Assembly (NCBI GenBank): GCA_965223155.1
Contig: CBDCVR010000013.1
Location: forward strand, 992,001 to 1,056,000
DNA length: 64,000 bases
Reading direction: 5' to 3'
Origin: Candidatus Multivoradales bacterium
GTDB lineage: Bacteria > Acidobacteriota > Thermoanaerobaculia > Multivoradales > JAHEKO01
This document shows positions 36,846-47,572 of the stretch, in pieces. The number at the start of each line of letters is the position of its first letter. The stretch's first letter is position 1. The notes under the pieces were generated by a model. That model was not told the origin of the DNA. It did not search any database and saw only the letters and a program-made list of their open reading frames with translations. Both the position numbers and the translations under genes were made by a program.

Positions 36846-39104
36846 ATGCAACCACACCCGCGCCCGGCGCTCTCGGGAGCGCTTCTCGCCGTCCTCTGTC
36901 TCGCGGCCACGGCATCGCTCCAGGCGTTGCCGGAGGATCCCCCGTTTCACGTCCAACGCACCGCCAAGGAGATCAAGGTCGATGGCGTCCTCGGGGATCC
37001 GGGCTGGTCTGACGCCAAGCCCATCGAGACCTGGTTCGAGACCCGGCCCGGCGACAACCTGGAACCCAAGATCAAGAACGTCGGCTACCTGACCTACGAC
37101 GAGCAGTTCCTGTACGCGTCGTTCGAGTTTTTCGATCCCGAGCCGAAGCGCATCCGGGCGCCGCTGGCCAACCGGGACAACGTGCCCAGCTACACCGACT
37201 ACGGCGGCGTCCTGATCGACGCCAACAACGACGGCCGCACCGCCCAGATGTTCCTGGCCAATGCCCGGGGCATCCAGTACGACGCGATCTCGAGCGACGC
37301 CGCCGGGGAGGACTCGGCGCCCGATTTCTTCTGGGAGAGCGCCGCCAAGATCACCGACGCCGGTTGGGTGCTGGAGATGCGGATCCCGTTCTCATCGCTG
37401 CGCTACACCGAGAGCGACCCCGAACAGTGGCGAATCCTGCTCTACCGGAACCACCCCCGAGAGTTCCGGTACCAGTACTTCTCCTCGAAGCTCCCCCGCG
37501 ACTCCACCTGTTTCATCTGCAACTCCACTCCGCTCACCGGCCTGGGCGGCCTGCCCACGGGCAGTCACTGGGTCGCCGCCCCCTACGTCACCGGGGTCCA
37601 GACCTCCGAGCCGATCAGCGACGTCGGCACGCCGCTCGAATCCATGGACCCGACCTCGGAGGTCGGACTGGACGCGAAGTGGATCCCCAACCCCAACACG
37701 GTTGTGGACCTGACGCTCAACCCGGACTTCTCGCAGATCGAGGCGGACGTTCCGCTGATCTCGGCCAACGAGCGCTTCGCTCTGTTCTTTCCCGAAAAGC
37801 GGCCGTTTTTCCTCGAGGGGGCCGACCTCTTCGACACTCCGCTGACCGCCGTCTACACCCGCAGCTTCGCCTCGCCGCGCTGGGGCGTGCGCGCCACCGG
37901 AGAGTTCAAGGGCACGACCTACACCTTCCTGACCGGAGAGGACCGGGGCGGCGGCAGCGTCATCATCCCCGGCCGCCAGGGCTCGGGCCTGGCCGAGCAG
38001 AATCAGGAATCGCTCATCACCATGGGGCGGCTGCGCCAAAACTTCGGCCAGTCCTTCATGAGCTTCATCCTGACCGGACGGGAAAATGACGACGGCTCCT
38101 TCAACCGCGTTTTCGGCCCCGACTTTCGCTGGGAGCCGACCGACAAGGACGTCATCAGCGGACAGGTCCTGTTCTCGCAAAGCGAGACCCCGAACCTCCC
38201 GGACCTCGCCGACGAATGGGACGGGCGCGATCTCTCGGGCCACGCCGCCGAGCTCTGGTGGTACCGGCAGACCAAGACCTGGGACTACTTCGCGCTCTAC
38301 CAGGACCTGGCCGACGACTTCCGAGCCGACAACGGCTTCATCCCCCAAGTGGGCATCCGGCGCGGCTTCACCGAGCTGGGGCACAGCTTCTACCCCGAGG
38401 ACAAGCCCATCACCCGCCTGCGACTGTTCACCATGGCTTCGTACCGGGAAGACCGGGACGGGAAGCTCTTGTCCCAGTTTGTGATGCCCGGATTCGGCTT
38501 CGACGCCATCCTAAACTCCTTCGTACGCTTCGAGTTCCTGTTCGACGAGACGAGGTCCGGCGACACCCTGATCCGGCGCAATCAAATCCGGCCGCGGGTG
38601 CTGATCCGGCCCGGCGGGGTCCTCTCCCAGGTGCATCTCTTCGGCCGCTTCGGCGAGGACATCGACTTTGCCAACGATCGGCCCGCCGACGTCACGGCGC
38701 TGGGAGTCGACGTCAACATCCGGCCCACCGACCATCTCGAGCTCAACGTGCGCGGCGAGCAGCGGGCTCTCGACGTTACGACCGCAGCGGGACTCTCGGG
38801 CGAGCTCTTCAACGCCGAGGTGGCGCGCCTGCGCGGCACCTACACATTCAACGCCAAGAGCTGGCTGCGGCTGATCGGTCAGTGGCAACGCACCCAGCGC
38901 CAGCCCGATCTCTACAACGTTCCCGAGGACATTTCGCCCAAGTCGGAGAACTTCGGTGGTTCGGTGGTCTTCGCCTACAAGCTCAACTGGCAAACCGTGC
39001 TCTTCCTCGGCTACGGCGACGAGCGCCGGCTGGACGACTTCGACAGCCTGGAACCGGCCCGCGAAGAGATCTTCCTGAAGCTGTCCTACGCCTTCCAGCG
39101 CTAG
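36846..39104 (+). CDS. CBM9-like + DUF5916 outer-membrane beta-barrel-type protein
   Basis: IKVDGVL.DPGW; GWVLEMRIPFSSLRY; LTLNPDFSQIEAD..FFPEKRPFFLEG; C-terminal FLKLSYAF. Confidence 0.85.
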   Translation: MQPHPRPALSGALLAVLCLAATASLQALPEDPPFHVQRTAKEIKVDGVLGDPGWSDAKPIETWFETRPGDNLEPKIKNVGYLTYDEQFLYASFEFFDPEPKRIRAPLANRDNVPSYTDYGGVLIDANNDGRTAQMFLANARGIQYDAISSDAAGEDSAPDFFWESAAKITDAGWVLEMRIPFSSLRYTESDPEQWRILLYRNHPREFRYQYFSSKLPRDSTCFICNSTPLTGLGGLPTGSHWVAAPYVTGVQTSEPISDVGTPLESMDPTSEVGLDAKWIPNPNTVVDLTLNPDFSQIEADVPLISANERFALFFPEKRPFFLEGADLFDTPLTAVYTRSFASPRWGVRATGEFKGTTYTFLTGEDRGGGSVIIPGRQGSGLAEQNQESLITMGRLRQNFGQSFMSFILTGRENDDGSFNRVFGPDFRWEPTDKDVISGQVLFSQSETPNLPDLADEWDGRDLSGHAAELWWYRQTKTWDYFALYQDLADDFRADNGFIPQVGIRRGFTELGHSFYPEDKPITRLRLFTMASYREDRDGKLLSQFVMPGFGFDAILNSFVRFEFLFDETRSGDTLIRRNQIRPRVLIRPGGVLSQVHLFGRFGEDIDFANDRPADVTALGVDVNIRPTDHLELNVRGEQRALDVTTAAGLSGELFNAEVARLRGTYTFNAKSWLRLIGQWQRTQRQPDLYNVPEDISPKSENFGGSVVFAYKLNWQTVLFLGYGDERRLDDFDSLEPAREEIFLKLSYAFQR

Positions 39105-39164
39105 CCAGCGGCTCCCACCGCGGCTCGGCCAGTCAGTCCCGAGCCGCGCCGGTACAATCCTCCG

Positions 39165-40487
39165 GTGGTCGAATTCCTGACGCTCTTCCTGGGTCTGGCC
39201 GCCGGCCCCTACGAGGTTGCCTTCGAAGCTTCGGAACCGGTGGCCGCGGTCGCCGTCACCCTCGACGGCAGGACCGTGGCCAAGCTGGAGGACGAGCCCT
39301 GGCGCGCTCAGGTGGACCTGGGAACGCTGCGGCCGCAGCAGCTCGGGGCGGTGGCCTACGACGCCAAGGGAGCGATTCTGGACACCGCCTATCAGAGCGT
39401 CAACGTGCCCCGCTCGGCGGCCGAGATCTCGGTCCTCCTCGAGCGCGACGGCGAGGCCCCGCCGGATCGGCTGTCCATCGCCTGGGAAAGCAGGGTCGGG
39501 GCGGACCCGGTCCGGATGTCGGTCCGGTTGGACGGCGTCGAGCTGGCGAGCGAAGTCGCCGGCTCGGTGCCGCTCCCGGCTCTCGACCCGAAGGGCTTCC
39601 ACCTGATCGACGTCACTCTCGTTTTTCCCGGCGGAGTGGTGGCAAGCACGACCACCGGCTTTGGCGGACCCTACCTGGACGTCGCCGACGCCGGACTCAC
39701 GGCCGCGCTGGTCGCCAGCGACGAAGACCTGGCCGATCGGGGCGGGCGCGACGATTGGCTGGATCAGGCGGGAGAGCCCGCCGAGATCGTGGAGGTCGAG
39801 CAAGGGCCGGCCGAGGTCGTCGTGGTCGCCGGCAACCCGGCGCGCCGGGCGATCGCGCGCATGCGTGGTATTCCTCGGACGCGAGGCGTGGGCCGCTTGC
39901 CCGGGATGCGCGAGGCGGCGATGCAGGTGCTTCATCGCTCGGCGAGGCTGACCGAGGGTGACCGGTTCCGGATGCTCATCCCGAGAGCCCGCCATGTTCC
40001 CGGAAAGCTCCTGACCAATGAGCTCTTCTGGGTGACGCCGCCGGTCAATTCCGAAGACGGCGGCATCCTCTGGCACCTGCTGAGCGAGATCGTAGCCGGC
40101 ACTAGAAACCAGGCCTTGCTGGCGGACGCGGTGGCGACGGCCGGCATCCAGGCAGCTACCGGCAACCGGCGGCGCGCGGTGGTTCTGGTCCTGGCGGAGA
40201 CGTCCCAAGACGCCGGCAGCCGCTTCGACCCGGCGACGGTTCGCGCTTTCCTGCGCCACCTTCAGGTGCCGCTGGTGGTGTGGCGAGTCGGCCCGAACGA
40301 CGCCTTCCACCAAGACTGGGGCCCCGGCGAGAGCTTCCGGTCGGTGCGCGGCCTGGAAGAGGCCGTCAGCAAGCTCCAGCAGGTTCTGGATCGCCAGTAC
40401 GTCGTCTGGCTGCGCGGCGCCCACCTGCCCAACTCGATCCGGCCGGCGGCCGGAGTCGATTTCCTCGATCTTGCGGGTTCAGGCTAA
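39165..40487 (+). CDS. Hypothetical protein (Ig-like N-terminus, VWA-like C-terminus)
   Basis: LADAVATAG..RRRAVVLVL..D.GS..VR.FL..LQVPLVVW..QYVVW; TACAAT 6 nt before GTG. Confidence 0.7.
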   Translation: MVEFLTLFLGLAAGPYEVAFEASEPVAAVAVTLDGRTVAKLEDEPWRAQVDLGTLRPQQLGAVAYDAKGAILDTAYQSVNVPRSAAEISVLLERDGEAPPDRLSIAWESRVGADPVRMSVRLDGVELASEVAGSVPLPALDPKGFHLIDVTLVFPGGVVASTTTGFGGPYLDVADAGLTAALVASDEDLADRGGRDDWLDQAGEPAEIVEVEQGPAEVVVVAGNPARRAIARMRGIPRTRGVGRLPGMREAAMQVLHRSARLTEGDRFRMLIPRARHVPGKLLTNELFWVTPPVNSEDGGILWHLLSEIVAGTRNQALLADAVATAGIQAATGNRRRAVVLVLAETSQDAGSRFDPATVRAFLRHLQVPLVVWRVGPNDAFHQDWGPGESFRSVRGLEEAVSKLQQVLDRQYVVWLRGAHLPNSIRPAAGVDFLDLAGSG

Positions 40488-40774
40488 CTGTCGATCAAGC
40501 GCGCCAAATCGAAGTCCTTGTCGGTCAGGGCGCCGGCCGAGTGGGTCGAAAGCGTCAGCGTGACCTTGCTGTAGCGCACGTCGATGTCGGGATGATGGTC
40601 GCGCTGCTCGGCTAGCTCGCACACCAGATTGACGAACGCGACCGAGGCCCGGAAGCTGGGGAACTCGTAGGTCTTGGTGATCGAGTCGCCGGAGCGCTCC
40701 CAGCCCCTCAAGCGCTCCAGCTCGAGCTGCAGGCGCTCCGACTTCATCGGCCTGCCGGATAGTTGGGACCCCAT
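40484..40774 (-). CDS. phhB: Pterin-4-alpha-carbinolamine dehydratase
   Basis: AE..DHHPDI..Y.KV...LSTHSAGALTDKDFDLA. Confidence 0.93.
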   Translation of the reverse strand: MGSQLSGRPMKSERLQLELERLRGWERSGDSITKTYEFPSFRASVAFVNLVCELAEQRDHHPDIDVRYSKVTLTLSTHSAGALTDKDFDLARLIDS

Positions 40775-40800
40775 GTCCGGAGGCTATCACCGGGTTCTTC

Positions 40801-43041
40801 CTATTCGCCTGAGCCCTCCGCCACCGGCCCCGGCGCCGCCTCCCGCGCCAGCTTGAGCAGAAAGGCGTACTCCAAGGCCCGATCCCGGTAGCGCTTGAAG
40901 CGGCCGGAGGCGCCGCTATGCCCCGCCTCCATGTTGGTCTTGAGCAGCAGCAGATCGTCGTTGGTCCGCAGGCTGCGGAGCTTCGCCACGAACTTGGCCG
41001 GTTCCCAGTACTGGACCTGAGAGTCGTGCAATCCGGTGGTGATGAGCATCGCCGGATAGTCCTTGGCCGCGAGCTGATCGTAGGGCGAGTAGGAGAGGAT
41101 GTACTCGTACGCCTCCTTCTCGTTGGGATCGCCCCACTCGTCGTACTCACTGGTTGTCAGCGGAATGTCCGGATCGAGCATGGTGGTCACCACGTCCACG
41201 AACGGCACCTGGCTGACGATGCCGCGAAATAGCTCGGGAGCCGCGTTGGCTACCGCGCCCATCAGCAGCCCGCCGGCGCTGCCACCCATGGCGAACAGGC
41301 GCTCAGGGCTCGTATACCCCTCCTCGGCCAGGAACTTGCCAACGTCGACGAAGTCGTTGAACGTGTTCTTCTTGCGCATGAGCTTGCCGTCTTCGTACCA
41401 CTGCCGGCCCAGGATCTGCCCGCCGCGGACGTGGGCGATGGCGAAGGCGAAGCCACGGTCCAGAAGCGAAAGGCGGCTGGGGCTGAAGCCCGGATCGATC
41501 GAGGCGCCGTAGGAGCCGTAGCCGTAGAGCAGAAGCGGCCCGGAGCCGTCCTTCGGGAAGTCCTTGGGGTAGACCACCGACACGGGCACGGAAACGCCAT
41601 CGCGGGCCTCGGCCCACAAGCGCTCGGCCCGGTAGTCCGCCGCATCGAACCCGCCCAGGACCTTGTCCTGCTTGCGCAGAGTCTTCTCGCGAGTCGTCAT
41701 GTCGTAGTCGAAAACCGAGGGCGGCGTGGTCATCGACTCGTAGGAGAACCGCAGCAAGTTGGTCTCGAAGGTCACGTTGTTGTCGAAGTAGGCGTCGTAG
41801 GCCTGCTCGCCGAAATCCAGGTAGTGCTCCTGGGAGCCGTCCCAGGGGCGAACCCGCATCTGAATCAGTCCCTGGGAGCGCTCGGAGACCACCAGGAAGT
41901 CCCGGAAGATCTCGAAGCCGCCCAGGTAGACGTCGGTCCGGTGCGGCAGCACCTCGGCCCAGTCGTCCTTGGAAGCCGAACCGATGGGCGCTTTCATCAA
42001 GCGGAAGTTGGTGGCTTCCCAATTGGTGCGGATGAAGAACTCGGAGCCGAAGTCCTCAATCGCGTACTCGTGATTCGGCTCGCGCGGCAAGAAGATCCGG
42101 AACTCGCCCTCGGGCTCGTCGGCGGGCAGGTAGCGATACTCGCTCGACAGGGTTTGCTCGGAGGCAAGCATGACGTACTTGCGGGACTTGGTCTTCCAGA
42201 CCCAGGCGTTGAACTCCTCGTCGTCCTCCTCGTAGACGAGTACGTCCTCGGCCCGGTCGGTGCCCAGAACGTGACGGTAGATTCGGGCCCAGCGCAGGGT
42301 CTCCGGGTCTTGCTGGGTGTAGAAGAGAGTGCGGTTGTCGGCCGCCCAGGCCGAGTTGCCGGTGACGTTCTGGATCGCATCCGGAAGATCCTCGCCGGTA
42401 GCCAGGTCGCGAAACTTCAGGGTGTAGAGCCGCCGCCCGACGGTGTCGATGGCGTACGCCAGAACATCGTGGTCCGGGCTAGCCTTGACGCCCACGACGC
42501 GGACGTGCTCGTGCCCTTCGGCCAGCTTGTTGACGTCCAGCAGGATCTCCTCGTCGGCCTCGAGTGAGCCCTGCTTGCGGCAGTAGATCGGGTACTCGCC
42601 ACCCTCCTCGTAGCGCGAGTAGTAGAAGAAGCCGTCCAACTCGTAGGGAACCGACGACTCGTCGGGCTCGATCCGCCCCTTCATCTCTTCGAACAACTCC
42701 TCCTGAAGCGCCTCGGTGTCGGCCATCTGGGCTTCGACGTAGGCGTTCTCGCGCTCCAGGTACTCCAGTACCTCGGGGCTCTCGCGCTCCTTGAGCCAGT
42801 AGTAGTCGTCGATGCGCTCGTGGCCGTGCTGCTCGAGGCGATGCGGCTTGCGCGCCGCCGTGGGCTCCGCGGGACCATCCGCGGCAGGAGTTTCGGCGGC
42901 CTCCGGCGCGGCCGTAGCCGCCGAGGCGTCAGACTCCGGCTTGGGCTCCGTCCCCCCGTCCCGGTTCATGGACACACAACCCGAGGCGAGGACCAGTACG
43001 AGGCCGAGCGCGCACCCGGCGGCGGAAATCTGTCTTGGCAT
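40801..43041 (-). CDS. ptrB: Oligopeptidase B (S9A), probable lipoprotein
   Basis: RIDDYYWL; YGYGSYG; GGSAGGLL; GLHDSQVQYWEPAK; AGHSGASGRF; lipobox LASGC. Confidence 0.93.
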   Translation of the reverse strand: MPRQISAAGCALGLVLVLASGCVSMNRDGGTEPKPESDASAATAAPEAAETPAADGPAEPTAARKPHRLEQHGHERIDDYYWLKERESPEVLEYLERENAYVEAQMADTEALQEELFEEMKGRIEPDESSVPYELDGFFYYSRYEEGGEYPIYCRKQGSLEADEEILLDVNKLAEGHEHVRVVGVKASPDHDVLAYAIDTVGRRLYTLKFRDLATGEDLPDAIQNVTGNSAWAADNRTLFYTQQDPETLRWARIYRHVLGTDRAEDVLVYEEDDEEFNAWVWKTKSRKYVMLASEQTLSSEYRYLPADEPEGEFRIFLPREPNHEYAIEDFGSEFFIRTNWEATNFRLMKAPIGSASKDDWAEVLPHRTDVYLGGFEIFRDFLVVSERSQGLIQMRVRPWDGSQEHYLDFGEQAYDAYFDNNVTFETNLLRFSYESMTTPPSVFDYDMTTREKTLRKQDKVLGGFDAADYRAERLWAEARDGVSVPVSVVYPKDFPKDGSGPLLLYGYGSYGASIDPGFSPSRLSLLDRGFAFAIAHVRGGQILGRQWYEDGKLMRKKNTFNDFVDVGKFLAEEGYTSPERLFAMGGSAGGLLMGAVANAAPELFRGIVSQVPFVDVVTTMLDPDIPLTTSEYDEWGDPNEKEAYEYILSYSPYDQLAAKDYPAMLITTGLHDSQVQYWEPAKFVAKLRSLRTNDDLLLLKTNMEAGHSGASGRFKRYRDRALEYAFLLKLAREAAPGPVAEGSGE

Positions 43042-43311
43042 GAACAACTCCTTCTCACGAAGATCACGAGGATTCCAGGATCGGAGACCCGGAAGGACTC
43101 CAGAGGAACCGAGCGGGCGAGGACTCCGGACCGGAATCGCTGCCCGCAGCTCATGATCCTACTGGCAATGCCCCGTCTCCACTAGCCTCACGAGCGCCCT
43201 GGGGCGCCGACCTTCTGAGAAGTCCTCTGAAGGAACGTGAGGGCCTGACCACGAACAGCCTCCGCCTCGGGGCCGCCAGCCCGCGGCCGAGCGAGGTGCT
43301 AGCCTTCCGCA

Positions 43312-44133
43312 ATGGAGCACGGGCGGTTGATGGAGCGGATCTTCGGGGCGCCGCGGGCCCTCATCGGCGTCGCGCATCTGGCGCCTCTACCGGGGACTCC
43401 TCGAGCCGGGCTGAGCGTGGACGAGATCGCCGAACGAGCGGTCCGGGACGCCGAGGTCTACGCCGGATCCGGCTTCGACGCGGTGCTGCTCGAGAACATG
43501 GGCGACCGGCCCTATCTCAAGCGCGGAGTGGGACCCGAGATCGTGGCCGCCGCCACCGCGGCCGGGCGGGCAATCCGTGAGGCCGTCGACCTTCCTCTCG
43601 GAGTCCAGCTCCTGGCCGGCGCCAACCGCGAGGCTTTGGCGGTGGCCCTGGCCGTGGGCGCGGCCTTTGTCCGCGTCGAAGGGTTCGTCTTCGGTCACGT
43701 CGCCGACGAGGGCTGGATGGACGCCGACGCCGGCGCCCTGCTGCGCTACCGCGAAACGATCGGCGCCGGCCACCTGGCGGTGATCGCCGACATCAAGAAG
43801 AAGCACTCGTCGCATGCCGCCACCGCCGACGTCGACCTTGCCGAAACCGCCCGTGCCGCAGAGTTCTTTCTGGCCGACGGCGTGGTCGTGACCGGCCGGG
43901 CGACCGCCGAGCCCACGGCGCCCGCCGAGGTCGACGCGGTCGCGGCGGCCGTGGGCATCCCGGTCCTCGTGGGCTCGGGCGTGACTCCCGACCGGATCGC
44001 CGGCCTGTCTCGCGCTAGCGGCCTCATCGTGGGCTCCTACGCCAAGACCGGCGGCGTCTGGAGCGACCCGGTCGATCCAGAACGGGCCGGGGAGCTAGTG
44101 GCGGCTTTCGCGCGAGCCCATGCGACCGCGTGA
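43312..44133 (+). CDS. BtpA/SgcQ family protein
   Basis: IGVAHLAPLPGTP..ENMGDRPY..ADIKKKHSSH..ADGVVVTGRATA..VGSGVT..IVGS. Confidence 0.92.
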   Translation: MEHGRLMERIFGAPRALIGVAHLAPLPGTPRAGLSVDEIAERAVRDAEVYAGSGFDAVLLENMGDRPYLKRGVGPEIVAAATAAGRAIREAVDLPLGVQLLAGANREALAVALAVGAAFVRVEGFVFGHVADEGWMDADAGALLRYRETIGAGHLAVIADIKKKHSSHAATADVDLAETARAAEFFLADGVVVTGRATAEPTAPAEVDAVAAAVGIPVLVGSGVTPDRIAGLSRASGLIVGSYAKTGGVWSDPVDPERAGELVAAFARAHATA

Positions 44134-45114
44134 TGACGTTCCCACCCACACCGACCCAGCGCCCAGACCTCGCCCAGCGGTGACGGCTTCCGCGGCCGGA
44201 TCGAGACCGAAACTCGTCGTCTTCGGCAACCTCGTCTTGGACGACGTGGTCTCGGACGACGGCTCGACTCGCTTCGGCCAGGCCGGCGGCGCGGTGGCGT
44301 ATTGCGCTCTGGGAGCGGCCTTGTGGAGACGGCCGACGGGCATCGTCAGCATTGCCGGCGGCGACTACCCGGAGTCGGTGCTGAAGGCACTGGCCGGGCG
44401 CGGCATCGACCTGGACGGCGTTCGTCGCAGTACCGGTCCGGGACTGCGAAGCTGGCTCCTGTATGAGGGCGAGCTGCGGCGGGTGGTGCACCGGCTGGCC
44501 GCGCCCTCCCACCATCGGATGTCTCCAACGCCTCGGGACCTGCCGGCGGCCTGGCAACCGCGGGCCATTCATGTCGCACCGATGCCGCTCGACCGGCAGG
44601 CCGAGATCCTCGATGAGTTGGCGGCCCGGCCGGATCGACCGCTGATCTCGGTGGATCCCTTCGAGCTCGTCACCACCGCCAACGAGGCCCGGTGCCGGGA
44701 GGCCTTGGGGACCGCCGACGTCCTGTTCGTGAGCCGGGACGAGCTCCGATTCGGGACCGGCCCGGACGGCGGCGATGACGAAACCGGGGCCGTCCATGCC
44801 TTGAACCGACTTGCCCGGTGGGGACCGCGCTACGTCCTGGTCAAGGAAGGCAGCCGCGGTGGCACGGCTCGCGACAGCCAGGGCGGGATCGACCGGGAGT
44901 GGCCGGGTCGCGCTCGGCGGGTTGTGGATCCGACCGGCGCCGGCGATGCCTTCGCCGGTGGCCTGCTGGCGGGCCTGGCCTTCGGCGAAGATCTCGAGGC
45001 CGCTCTCGAGCGGGCCGTGGTCTCGGCCAGCTTCGCCCTGGAGAGCAGCGACCTCGTCGAGCTGGCCGCGGTCTCGTCCGACCGCGCCGAGCAGCGGCGA
45101 GCGGAGTGGTTCTC

Positions 45115-45118
<4 letters not shown>
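44120..45118 (+). CDS. PfkB family kinase (possible pseudouridine/nucleoside kinase)
   Basis: GNLVLD..GG; VKEGSRG; VDPTGAGDAFAGG. Start may be GTG 44180. Confidence 0.85.
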
Positions 45119-46038
<920 letters not shown>

Positions 46039-46215
46039 GCCAACCGGACCGAGGCTGAGCTCGCGCGGCCCGGCGACGGCACCGGCCAGGAAGAATCTTC
46101 CGGCCACGCAGTCCGGCGTGTGAACTTTGCCATAGGCCCCACTTGAACGGCGGAGCATTCTTGCTCCATCGGTTCCCGGGGCGCGGCCTTGCCAAACCCC
46201 GACGCACAAGACACG

Positions 46216-46914
46216 ATGACAGAACCCAAGGCCAAGAAGATCCTGATCGTCATGTCCGAGGTCGAGGCCTACCGGCTCGTGGGCCGCTTCGTCGAACGCA
46301 CCGGCATGACCATGCATCGCTGCGACACCGGGCGCCGGGCTCTCGAGCGCGCCACGGAGAGCGACTACGATCTCATCGTCGCCCGGCTGCCCCTGGCCGA
46401 CCTGAGCCTGCCGACCTTTACTTCGACCCTGCGCCGAGGCGGCAGCAAGAACGCCGAGACCGCCCTGCTCTTGCTGGCCGAGGCCAGCCAGCATCGCGCG
46501 GCCCTGGCCATGCGCTCCCCGAGGACCGAGGTCGTGGATCTGAGCCAACCCGAGCCGCAGCTCGACCGGGCGCTGACCAGCGTCCTCGGAGTCGCGCTCC
46601 GCGCCTCGGCCCGCCTGGACGTCGAGCTCGACCTGGAGGCCGAGCGCCGGCACTTTCGGACCCGGAACATCTCGCGAAGCGGCATGTTGGTCGAGGCCGA
46701 GGCTCCCCCGCCGGTGGGCCTCGAGATCGCCTTCAACTTCACTTTGCCGGCCCGGTTCACCCCAATCCATGGCCTGGGCCAGGTCGTGCGGCATACCGAC
46801 CCGACCAAGGAACTGGTCCCCGGCTTCGGCATCCGGTTCACCGCATTCCCGGAAGGCGCCGCCGACGCCATCGAGTCGTTCGTCGAACACCGGCTTCAGG
46901 CCGTAGCTTCCTAG
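46216..46914 (+). CDS. Pseudo-receiver domain + PilZ domain protein
   Basis: KILIV..YDLIVAR receiver-like fold lacking the phospho-Asp; PilZ motifs RASAR and NISRSG; GFGIRF. Confidence 0.75.
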   Translation: MTEPKAKKILIVMSEVEAYRLVGRFVERTGMTMHRCDTGRRALERATESDYDLIVARLPLADLSLPTFTSTLRRGGSKNAETALLLLAEASQHRAALAMRSPRTEVVDLSQPEPQLDRALTSVLGVALRASARLDVELDLEAERRHFRTRNISRSGMLVEAEAPPPVGLEIAFNFTLPARFTPIHGLGQVVRHTDPTKELVPGFGIRFTAFPEGAADAIESFVEHRLQAVAS

Positions 46915-46954
46915 GCGCCTGTCGGCGGCCCCACGGATAGAATCCTTTCGAGCG

Positions 46955-47572
46955 ATGTGTCCTCCCACCTCCTCGGCTCTCACCGTTTCGCTGGCTGCCG
47001 CGCTGCTCGTGCTCGCCCTGGCCTGCAATCCCTCGGCAGAGACCGGCACAGCCGAGGGCGGGAAGCCCGCGGACGCCGCTCCAACCGGCGGCCAGGCACC
47101 CGGCGAGCCCACCGAGCCCTCCTATCGCCTGGCCGAGCTCCTACCCTACGGTGGCGAGCCCTTTCCGGAAGTCTTTACCGCCGGGCAGCCGTCTACCAAC
47201 GATCTCCGCGGGCTCGTGGACCACGGCGTGACCGCTGTCGTCAATCTCCGCTATCCGACCGAACGCGGTGTGCGCTCCGAGATCGAGCTGATCGGGGAGC
47301 TGGGCCTCGACTACATCGCCATTCCGGTCCGCGGCTCCGAAGGGCTGACCCGCGAGAACGCTCTCGCATTGGACACCGCTCTGGCCGAGGCGGAAGGTCC
47401 CGTTCTGGTTCACTGCGGCAGCAGCAATCGGGTCGGCGGCCTGTTCGCCCTGCGCGCCTTCTACCTCAAGGGCGCGAGCATCGAGGAAGCCCTGAGCGTG
47501 GGTCGCTCGGCGGGTCTTACCCGCCTCGAGCCCGCGGTCCGCGAGATCCTCGAAAGCGCCTCGGTCGGCTAG
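46955..47572 (+). CDS. DUF442/Blh-like Cys-phosphatase/sulfurtransferase-fold lipoprotein
   Basis: TAGQP..VVNLR..PVLVHCGSSNRVG (HCx5R); lipobox LALAC. Confidence 0.8.
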   Translation: MCPPTSSALTVSLAAALLVLALACNPSAETGTAEGGKPADAAPTGGQAPGEPTEPSYRLAELLPYGGEPFPEVFTAGQPSTNDLRGLVDHGVTAVVNLRYPTERGVRSEIELIGELGLDYIAIPVRGSEGLTRENALALDTALAEAEGPVLVHCGSSNRVGGLFALRAFYLKGASIEEALSVGRSAGLTRLEPAVREILESASVG

